Positions 1 through 7,463 of a stretch of 32,000 nucleotides of DNA are shown piece by piece; the stretch's first letter is position 1; each line of letters opens with the position of its first letter. A program made the translations under genes and the position numbers. The notes below the pieces were generated by a model. The model saw only the letters and a program-made list of their open reading frames with translations. It was not told where the DNA came from and did not search any database. This stretch comes from Candidatus Omnitrophota bacterium (GTDB lineage: Bacteria > Omnitrophota > Gorgyraeia > 2-01-FULL-45-10), in the NCBI GenBank assembly GCA_023818895.1, contig JAMWCX010000002.1, forward strand, positions 330,001-362,000. The letters run 5' to 3'.

Positions 1-3000
1 AAGGAAGTCCGCCTGGAGATCGGCTGACGCCACAAGGGCCTCATGTATATCCGCCATGTGCGAAAGCGCACCGGTAAAATCGCTCACGCCATAACTTCCG
101 CTATTGGCGACTATATAACTTGCCACGCCTGATAAGATAGCGCGGTAATTGTCGCTCTGGACCGAGGCGGTCGTGTCAGGAGTCACGCCATAGACAGTGT
201 TGAAATCGGCCCTCAAACTGGCATCCGCCAGAAGCGCCTGGTGTATGTCCACTATGTATGGCACTCCGTTAAGTATATCAGTGACGGTAATTCCTGGATT
301 AGCGAGAACATAAGCTCCGATGCCGGAAAGAACAGTCCTATAATCTTCACTGGTGACGGTGGCCGTGGTGTCAGCCGTCGTGTTATACGCGATGTTGAAA
401 TCCGCCCTCAGGCCCGGATCGGCCAGAAGCGCGGCATGTATATCCTGCATATAAGGAATGGCACCCAAAATATCATCTATAGTGGTGCCGGCGTTGGCCA
501 GTATGTAACTGGCTATGCCAGAGAGCGCGTAGCGGTAGTTTTCGCCGGTTATATTGGCTGTGGTGTCGGCCGTTACACTATATATAACCTCAAAGTCCAC
601 TCTCAAAGCGGCATCCGCAAGAAGCGCCGCGTGTAGATCGGCCATGATGGGAAGCGCGTCCAGAAGATCGGAGGTCGTAAGGCCATTATCCAGAATATAG
701 GCAGCCATTCCGGCGAGCGCGTAGCGGTAAGATTCTGTTGTAACATTTGCTGTAGTATCAGCGACGACATTATACACAACGGTGAAGTCCGCCTGAAGAT
801 CGGCATCGGCAAGAAGGGCCGCGTGCAGATCCGCCATTACTGGTATCGCATTAAGTATATCGTTAGCAGTCAGCCCCTCGTCGAGAACATAGCTTGCGAT
901 GCCTGAAAGGGCATAGCGATATGCCTCGGTAGTGACGTTTGCGCCTGAGTCGGCTATAGTATTATAGACAGTATTAAAGTCGGCTCTTAAGCCGGCGTCG
1001 GCAACCAGGGCCTGATGGATATCGGCCATGATGGGTATGGCGCTCAGGATATCATTTATTGTCATAGGAGGATTGTCTAAAACATAGCTTGCGATCCCAG
1101 AAAGTGCGTAGCGGTAAGATTCGGTGGTCACGGATGGTGTAGTATCCGCGGTGACGTTATATACGACGTTGAAGTCCGCGCGCAAAGACGCATCCGCAAG
1201 AAGCGCGGCGTGTATATCTGCCATCGGCGTCAGTGCGCCGACAAAGTCGCCTACCGTATAGCCGGCGTTATCGAGGATATAATCAGCGGTGCCGGAAAGC
1301 AGATTCCTATAATTTTCGTTTGTCACAGGATCCTGGTTAGCCGGCGCTATGCCGTAAATAACCTCAAAATCATTCTGTATATCAGCTGACGCGGTGATGG
1401 CGGCGTCGAGGTCTGCCATGATGGGAAGCGCCTGCGTAAACCGCAGGACCGTGTAACCGGGTGTTGTCACGATGTAACGCGCAATACCGGAAAGCGCATT
1501 TGCATAATCAGGGTTATTTACCGGGTCCTGGTCGGCGACCGCTATGCCATATATAGTCTCGAAGTCAGCTTGAAGATCCGGATCCGCTGAAATAGCGGCG
1601 TGCAGATCATCTATAATAGGAAGGCTTGCCAGGAAGTCATTCACGGTCATCGGAGGATTCGCAAGAATGTAATTGGCCACACCCGAAAGTATATTACGAT
1701 AGTCAGCGTTCGTAACCGGGTCCTGGTCGGCGACCGCTATGCCGTAGACAGAGGCAAAATCCTCTCCCACCCCTGTAGGATCTGCGGCAAGCGCCTCGTG
1801 AAGATCGGCCATGAGCTCAAGCGCATCCATGAATATAGCTACGGTATATCCGGCGTTATTCAGGATAAAGCTCGCAATACCAGAAAGGTTAAAGCGGTAG
1901 GCATCATTCGTAATGGGATCCTGGTCGGCCGGCGCAATGCCGTATATTGTCTCGAAATCGGCCTGCAGAAGAGCATCTGCCTGGAGGGCTTCATGAACAT
2001 TTTCCATGACCGGTAACTCAGCGGTAAAATCTGCCACGCTATATGGCGGATTGTCAATAATGTAACTGGCCACACCAGAAAGGATATTGCGGTAGTCAGC
2101 ATTCGTAACCGGGTCTTGGTTGGCAACCTCTATACCGTATATCGTCTCAAAGGCACTCTGAACATTGATATCAGCGGAGATAGCTTCATCGAGATCCGCC
2201 ATTATTGGAAGAGCCGACACAAAATCGGACACCGTATATGTACCAGCGCTTCCCAATATATAACTTGCCACTCCGGAAAGAGCGTTTCTATAATTATCCG
2301 ATGTTACATTTGGCGTGGTATCAGGATCGACGCCGTATATGGCGTTGAAATCCGCTCTCAAAGTAGCGCTGGCGAGAAGCTCGGCATGAATATCCGCGAT
2401 ATAGGGAACGGCGTCAAGGATATCGTTAAAATCGAGCGAATTGGCCAGAGCGTAGCTTGCGATACCTGCCAGGACATTACGGTAACCGGTGCTTGTGACA
2501 TTCGGAGTAGTATCGGCTGTCGTATTATAAACTATATTGAAGTCAGCCCTTAAGGCAGGGTCGGCAAGTAAGGCTGCGTGGATATCCGCCATGATGGGAA
2601 GCGCGTCTAAAAGATCGGTGTATGTCATCGGAGGATTATCCAGCACATAGCTTGCCATTCCGGCTAAAGCGTAGCGATAGGATTCGGTGGTGACGTTAGG
2701 CGTGGTGTCCGCCGTGACGTTATTTATCGTCTCAAAGTCAGCCCTTAAGGCAGGGTCAGCAAGTAAGGCTGCGTGGATATCCGCCATGATGGGAACACTA
2801 TTAAGAAACGCGGCCGCTGTCATAGGCGGATGGCTTGCTATATAACTTGCGATGCCTGAGAGCGTAAAGCGGTAATCGTCGCTTGTCTCAGGGTCAGCTA
2901 CATATGTGACATTGTACATGCTCTCGAAGTCAGCTCTTAAGGCTGCGTTGGACGTCAGGCCTTCATGTAGATCAGCCATCGTGACAAGTTCGACTTTAAA

Positions 3001-3580
3001 GTCCTCTATATCGTATCCTATGGTATTAGACGCGATGTATCCTGCAATACCCTGTATAGTTGAAAGATAGTCAGGGTCGTTCATGTTGGCTTCGAGGACC
3101 TGATCGGCAACAGCTACGCCATAGATTAGCTCAAAATCCGCCCGCAGCGTCGGATACGCAACATCATCAAGCGCGTTGTGAACAGCCATGGCGCCGTTAA
3201 GGCCGGCGATGTATGTTGCAAGATTATAGCCTGTCCCGTTAACTACGCCTGCCAGCCAGCCGCGATATGCGGGGTTATTAACAGGGTTCTGGTTTATAGG
3301 AGCGTAGTTCGAAATAGCCGCGACTATACTTTGAAGCGAATTATCAATTATAGCCTGGTGAAGATCTGCGGATGCACCGAGCTCGTAAATAAAATCATCG
3401 ACAGTATAATAATCGGGCTTCGTATAGTCATCGTGTTCGGATATGTATCCTGCTATTCCGACAAGTATCGACATGTAGTCATTATTACTCAGCACCTGAT
3501 TTGAAACTGCGGTACCGTAAAGAATCTGGAAATCACTCTGAAGGCCATGCGCGATGATCTCTTCGTGTATCTCTATCGCA
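1..3580 (-). repeat. In-frame tandem coding repeat, unit 192-198 nt (64-66 aa), about 18 units in window, continuing past the left edge
   Basis: Recurring unit L(R/Q)ADF..(V/I)Y(N/G)....D..P.VT...YR..LSG(I/V)ASY(V/I)L.N....T..D.L.A.P(I/V)MAD(I/L)HAALLAD. Anchors such as gccatgatggg recur at about 641, 1025, 1417, 2589, 2784. A 60-nt stretch at 2541-2600 recurs at 2736-2795 with one mismatch (offset 195). The 28-nt ccgggtcctggtcggcgaccgctatgcc occurs at 1521-1548 and 1716-1743 (offset 195). Confidence 0.9.
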
Positions 3581-5976
3581 AGGACCGAGCCTGAACCGCC
3601 AGCGAGTATACCGGGCAGCGCAAGATCTCCGGCCGCGGTTATCGTGATATTGGTTATCCTGCCAGAGCCATCTGTAGTGACTGTAATATAGCCGTCCGTA
3701 ACCCATTCATTGCGAAGATTATCGTTGGTAAAAAGCAAGATCGCCGCGTTGACTGCCGCTTCAGCCCCTATTCCGTAACCATTGAACTTACCGACAAGGT
3801 AATCGAGCACGGCAAAGGCGGTCTGACCATAAGTGGTAACGCTGATAGCATCCGCGCCTATAGCGGCATCCCGAAGACCGGTAGCAAACATCTTCTGTAA
3901 ATAGACATAAATTCTGTCCTGGATAGCAAATCCACTTGCCGAATACGTATGGTTATCGATAACGAGGTTCGGCATAAGAGCCTCAAACATGGTACCTTCC
4001 CATGATGGTATATAGTGGAAGGTGTCGCTTCCTATCGTATAGTCGTAAACGCCGTTAGACGGAATCTGGGCCTGCCATGTCCAGTCTTCCGGATAAGCGG
4101 TGACCATCCTGTCCCATAACGCCGCGGGGATGGTGCTGCCTGTCTTACCTATGGCAATAAGAATTGTCGGGCGTATTTCGGTATATATATTTCCATAATA
4201 GGATGTTGTAAGAGTGCTTGTATCCGGATCAGCACCTGTGGCAAGAAGTCCCGCTGTGGTATTATATAAACTGTTAAAATTCATAGCATTGAAAAGCGCG
4301 TCAGCGTTTGTCCTGATAGCGCCTCCATATGCCTGCCGAACGACAAGCAACGCCGAGGCAAGCCAGCCATTATCGACTGTAGATATGAACTTTTCGCTTG
4401 CGGTAGAGGCAGAGGGCGGGTTGGTTGTAAAACTGTAATAATTATGGAAAAGACCGTTCCACTTGTCGAGAGTAGCCAGTGTTGCCAGGCAGTTAGTAAT
4501 ACGAGTTTGGGCGGTAGCACTGTCGATCAGGTTAAGCTCATCCGCCGCTACCACGCTCATTAGATACAGAGCTATGTCTGTTATAGAGGTATAATTGGCA
4601 ACGCTTCCTGCCGCGGTGCGCCTGTCCGGCGGAAGCCAATAGGTGCCCGCGTTAGTCGTGTCAGCGAAATAATTCCATGTGCTCTGCGCGTAACCCAAAA
4701 GCGTCGCTTTTTGAAGATCTGTAAGAGCCGAGGTATCAAGCTGCGCGCCGGTAGGGTCGGTCAGTATACCAGAATAAGCCTTGTTAAGTCTTCCTCTTGA
4801 AATAATAAGTGGGTTACTACCCATGAAATAGTCCTGTATGCATCCATTATTAAGGGCATTTGCAATGGACACGAGGATACATCCCTGCGACAGAGTAAGA
4901 TACACTTGAGCCACGTCATTATTAGTCGCGTTGACGGAATCGAGAAAACCATAAGTGCCGGTCATGCCGGATATGCCGCTTAAGTCGCCAATATTAGCCA
5001 TCGCCTCGGCCGGCGCAACGTCAAGAGCCAGGAAACTCGCATATGGTGTTACAACGCCTGATTCATTCAGGATCCACGCGCCGTGGCTCATACCGAGCGG
5101 CGCGTAATAATCACGATATGTCGAATCATCGGAAGGATCAGTACACGAGGACATTCCCCATACACTCAGGCCCTGCGAAGAGGTATTTATATTGATGACA
5201 CCTTCGGCCACAAGAGCTTCCCTTAGACTCGCATCGCCAAAAAGCTGAAGGGCTATGCGCTCAGCCGCCCACTGATCCAAACTTGCGGCCATCATCGCCT
5301 GTATGAGATTATACATATCGCCGGCTGCGACGTGGCCGTATTCTGTAAGGTTAACGTCCGTTATCACGCTACCGGATAAGGTGGTTGTGATAAAACGGGC
5401 ATCGAGCCATAGCTGGCGAAAAGCGGGATCAGTGAAGATAAAGTCTGCATATGCGTCATCAGTCCCATTATTGGGTATTCCGGCCGCCGCAAGTTCATCG
5501 GCGAATGAGACCATATTCGGTATGGCTATATTGCCGTTTGCGGTTATCGTTATCTGTGTAGGGTCATTTGTGTCATTTGACGGCTGTATAGAGAGGTATC
5601 CGGCGCTCGCCCAGCGTATGCGTTTCGCGTCGTCATAGTATAAGTATTCGCCTATGTAGCTTCCCATTCCTATGGCGCTCAGCTGATTTGCTAGCCTTAC
5701 AAGCATGTCATAGACCGCGACGCGGCCGTATGCGGTAAGGGTCCATGTCAAAGCGCCGTCAGATACTATGAAACCGGCGTTCTGCCAGTTTGTCCTGGCT
5801 CCGGCATCGTTAAAAATCGCCCATGCCCAATAATCGGCAAGATATGTCGGGTCTCCAGCAGGAATACCCGCCGCAATAAGCTCTTGCCTAAAAGACTCTT
5901 GGTCAGCAAGCGCCGCATGGGTTGTAACCATTACAAACAACATCACAAGACACACCAAACCGACTATTTTTTTCAT
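1..5976 (-). CDS. Giant secreted protein, 3' end beyond window (at least 1,992 aa): signal peptide, duplicated small N-terminal modules, (alpha/alpha)6 glycoside-hydrolase-like region, then tandem 64-66-aa repeats
   Basis: Not in the supplied ORF track. Reading plus-strand triplets in register with position 1, none of tta/cta/tca (minus-strand stops) occurs in 1..5976. ATG at 5976-5974, GGAGGG at 5985-5990. N-terminus MKKIVGLVCLVMLFVMVTTHAALADQESF looks like a signal peptide. Motif blocks: PLGMSHGAWILNESGVVTPY (5041-5100); TYGFLDSVN..YLTLSQGCILVSIA (4861-4980); YTSITDIALYLMSVVAADELNLI (4501-4620); TVDNGWLASALLVV (4321-4380); SWEGTMFEALMPNLV (3961-4020). All track ORFs in 241..5638 lie in other frames. 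Confidence 0.85.
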   Translation of the reverse strand, partial: MKKIVGLVCLVMLFVMVTTHAALADQESFRQELIAAGIPAGDPTYLADYWAWAIFNDAGARTNWQNAGFIVSDGALTWTLTAYGRVAVYDMLVRLANQLSAIGMGSYIGEYLYYDDAKRIRWASAGYLSIQPSNDTNDPTQITITANGNIAIPNMVSFADELAAAGIPNNGTDDAYADFIFTDPAFRQLWLDARFITTTLSGSVITDVNLTEYGHVAAGDMYNLIQAMMAASLDQWAAERIALQLFGDASLREALVAEGVININTSSQGLSVWGMSSCTDPSDDSTYRDYYAPLGMSHGAWILNESGVVTPYASFLALDVAPAEAMANIGDLSGISGMTGTYGFLDSVNATNNDVAQVYLTLSQGCILVSIANALNNGCIQDYFMGSNPLIISRGRLNKAYSGILTDPTGAQLDTSALTDLQKATLLGYAQSTWNYFADTTNAGTYWLPPDRRTAAGSVANYTSITDIALYLMSVVAADELNLIDSATAQTRITNCLATLATLDKWNGLFHNYYSFTTNPPSASTASEKFISTVDNGWLASALLVVRQAYGGAIRTNADALFNAMNFNSLYNTTAGLLATGADPDTSTLTTSYYGNIYTEIRPTILIAIGKTGSTIPAALWDRMVTAYPEDWTWQAQIPSNGVYDYTIGSDTFHYIPSWEGTMFEALMPNLVIDNHTYSASGFAIQDRIYVYLQKMFATGLRDAAIGADAISVTTYGQTAFAVLDYLVGKFNGYGIGAEAAVNAAILLFTNDNLRNEWVTDGYITVTTDGSGRITNITITAAGDLALPGILAGGSGSVLAIEIHEEIIAHGLQSDFQILYGTAVSNQVLSNNDYMSILVGIAGYISEHDDYTKPDYYTVDDFIYELGASADLHQAIIDNSLQSIVAAISNYAPINQNPVNNPAYRGWLAGVVNGTGYNLATYIAGLNGAMAVHNALDDVAYPTLRADFELIYGVAVADQVLEANMNDPDYLSTIQGIAGYIASNTIGYDIEDFKVELVTMADLHEGLTSNAALRADFESMYNVTYVADPETSDDYRFTLSGIASYIASHPPMTAAAFLNSVPIMADIHAALLADPALRADFETINNVTADTTPNVTTESYRYALAGMASYVLDNPPMTYTDLLDALPIMADIHAALLADPALRADFNIVYNTTADTTPNVTSTGYRNVLAGIASYALANSLDFNDILDAVPYIADIHAELLASATLRADFNAIYGVDPDTTPNVTSDNYRNALSGVASYILGSAGTYTVSDFVSALPIMADLDEAISADINVQSAFETIYGIEVANQDPVTNADYRNILSGVASYIIDNPPYSVADFTAELPVMENVHEALQADALLQADFETIYGIAPADQDPITNDAYRFNLSGIASFILNNAGYTVAIFMDALELMADLHEALAADPTGVGEDFASVYGIAVADQDPVTNADYRNILSGVANYILANPPMTVNDFLASLPIIDDLHAAISADPDLQADFETIYGIAVADQDPVNNPDYANALSGIARYIVTTPGYTVLRFTQALPIMADLDAAITASADIQNDFEVIYGIAPANQDPVTNENYRNLLSGTADYILDNAGYTVGDFVGALTPMADIHAALLADASLRADFNVVYNVTADTTPSVTTESYRYALSGIASYVLDNPPMTINDILSAIPIMADIHQALVADAGLRADFNTVYNTIADSGANVTTEAYRYALSGIASYVLDEGLTANDILNAIPVMADLHAALLADADLQADFTVVYNVVADTTANVTTESYRYALAGMAAYILDNGLTTSDLLDALPIMADLHAALLADAALRVDFEVIYSVTADTTANITGENYRYALSGIASYILANAGTTIDDILGAIPYMQDIHAALLADPGLRADFNIAYNTTADTTATVTSEDYRTVLSGIGAYVLANPGITVTDILNGVPYIVDIHQALLADASLRADFNTVYGVTPDTTASVQSDNYRAILSGVASYIVANSGSYGVSDFTGALSHMADIHEALVASADLQADFL

Positions 5977-6046
5977 TTTAGCAACCCTCCAAAGTTTATC
6001 CGATTGTTTTGACGCAAGGTAGGAAATTGTTTTCGAAAATATTTTC

Positions 6047-6094
6047 ATAAATTAAAAGCCTGGTCACCTACTTTTCAGCTTCGGTAACCAGGCT
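6047..6094 (-). terminator. Intrinsic terminator-like hairpin inside the leader of the giant gene
   Basis: Minus strand: AGCCTGGTTACC (6094-6083), 14-nt loop, GGTGACCAGGCT (6068-6057). This gives a 12-bp stem with one G-U pair, followed by TTTAATTTAT. It lies about 80 nt upstream of the ATG at 5976 and about 250 nt downstream of the preceding gene's stop. Confidence 0.6.
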
Positions 6095-6164
6095 GTCTAA
6101 AACTATATTAGACCCTTGGCTTTGCCGTGAACCAGAACTCACTTTGCTCGTTAGGTTCACGATC
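6078..6164 (-). promoter_or_regulatory. Candidate c-di-GMP-I (GEMM-I)-like riboswitch aptamer in the 5' leader of the giant gene
   Basis: Minus strand: GAUCGUGAACCUAACGAGCAAAGUGAGUUCUGGUUCACGGCAAAGCCAAGGGUCUAAUAUAGUUUUAGACAGCCUGGUUACCGAAGC. From memory, the Vc2 GEMM-I blocks are GGCAAAC, a 16-nt hairpin, ACGCAAAGCC, a long hairpin, then AGC..GGUUACCGA. Here the blocks are GCAAAG, a 16-nt hairpin GUGAG[UUCUGG]UUCAC, ACGGCAAAGCC (one extra G), a hairpin CCAAGGGUCUAA/UUAGACAGCCUGG, then GGUUACCGAAG. The 3' part (6081-6100) overlaps the terminator 5' arm. No covariance-model search was run. Confidence 0.4.
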
Positions 6165-6251
6165 CTCCATAACCACATCTTTCCATCATTTTAATAGCTA
6201 AGAAGGATGACCCTGCCTCACGACAGGTGTGCCTTTTTCGACCGCATTTTT

Positions 6252-6279
6252 AGTTTACTATAAAAAATTATTTTGTCAA
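6252..6279 (-). promoter_or_regulatory. Sigma70-like promoter for the giant gene leader
   Basis: Minus strand: TTGACA (6279-6274), 16-nt spacer, TAAACT (6257-6252), in an AT-rich intergenic region. Confidence 0.4.
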
Positions 6280-6347
6280 TAACCTAAAACTAAATTTTTT
6301 AATCCTTAACAAGGGCATAATATTGTAATATTTAATATAGTTAACAA

Positions 6348-7463
6348 TTATTTTTCCAGCCAGATCTCAGGATGTTTATGATAGGAAATAACAAATGCTT
6401 CGACGACTTTTGGATCAAACTGAGTCGAGGATGCCTCCCTTATCCTGTCAAAAGCCGCTTCCTTTGAAAGCCCTTTCTGATAAGGCCTGTCTGTGGTAAG
6501 GGCGTCGAATGTATCGGCGACTGCTATTATCCTCCCTTCAAGGGAGATGGCATTTCCTTTGAGATGATGAGGGTAACCATTCCCGTCAAAGCGCTCATGG
6601 TGTTCCAGCACCCCCCTTATTATCTTATGAGAATCGTCTATCGACTCTATTATCCTTGCGCCTATACCTGGATGCATCTTTATCTGCCTGCGCTCATAAC
6701 CCAAGAGCTTTGCCGGTTTCATAAGAATACTTTCCTTAACGCCTATCTTCCCTATATCGTGCAGTATGCTCGCCAACCTCAGATTCTCAAGGGTCTCCTC
6801 ATCAAGATTGAGTTCCTGACCTATGGCAACAGCATATTTCATGACACGCTCAGAATGGCCGCTCGTGTACGCGTCTTTGGCATCTATAGCCCTGGCAAGC
6901 GATGTCACAGTGCTTATAAAGAGGTTCTTAAGGCGATGGTACAACTTAGCGTTGAGGAGCGCTATGGCTATATTATTTGAAAGCGCCTCCAATAGTTCTT
7001 TATCTTCTTCCGTGAAGAGGTGCCCCGGCCTTTTACGGTTGCTCACTATAAGTATTCCTATAATCTTACCTTCCACCTCGAGAGGGACGGCAAGAAAAGA
7101 GTGTATAGGCAGTTCTATATCAGCAAATGGCAGCTTCTTCCCTTTGAAAAGAAAGTTATCACGTATATCATTAACTATAAGCGGCTCTTTGCTTTTTATG
7201 ACATTCTCGTTTATAATCTCCCAGCTTCCCAGGAGATTTATATTGTCGAGCTCATCCGCGCTAAAACCTTTCGCCTTTGTCAGCATCAGCTTCCTGATGG
7301 TTTCATCCATCAGGAATAGCGAGGCATGGTCCGCGCCAAGCGCTTTTGACGACTGGTCGAGGACAATCTCGCTTACCTTTTCGAGATCAAGGGACGAGCT
7401 TATCTCACGACTTACCTGCAGGAGTATTTTCGCGGCTTCGTATTTGCGTGTGTTTTCCGTCAT
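6348..7463 (-). CDS. GAF domain + HD-GYP domain protein (predicted c-di-GMP phosphodiesterase)
   Basis: C-terminal motifs HSERV, ILHDIGKIGV, HHERFDGNGYP and VADTFDALTTDRPY define HD-GYP. The N-terminal ~170 aa is GAF-like. The ATG overlaps the upstream stop (ATGA at 7460-7463). Confidence 0.88.
   Translation of the reverse strand: MTENTRKYEAAKILLQVSREISSSLDLEKVSEIVLDQSSKALGADHASLFLMDETIRKLMLTKAKGFSADELDNINLLGSWEIINENVIKSKEPLIVNDIRDNFLFKGKKLPFADIELPIHSFLAVPLEVEGKIIGILIVSNRKRPGHLFTEEDKELLEALSNNIAIALLNAKLYHRLKNLFISTVTSLARAIDAKDAYTSGHSERVMKYAVAIGQELNLDEETLENLRLASILHDIGKIGVKESILMKPAKLLGYERRQIKMHPGIGARIIESIDDSHKIIRGVLEHHERFDGNGYPHHLKGNAISLEGRIIAVADTFDALTTDRPYQKGLSKEAAFDRIREASSTQFDPKVVEAFVISYHKHPEIWLEK

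Noticed and set aside
1-3580. Possibility that the regular 195-nt periodicity is a CRISPR array or satellite DNA
   Set aside because: The units are contiguous with no unique spacers. They keep one open reading frame throughout and are conserved at the protein level, so this is a coding tandem repeat.
241-5638. Track ORFs inside the giant gene: plus-strand 241..636, 1600..2016, 2116..2553, 3178..3504, 4214..4438, 5303..5638; minus-strand 603..812, 1860..2126, 4281..4520, 4761..4952
   Set aside because: All lie in frames other than the uninterrupted 1,992-codon frame. They have Cys/Arg/Ile-rich, low-plausibility sequences with no RBS or motifs. The plus-strand ones recur with the repeat period, as shadow ORFs would.
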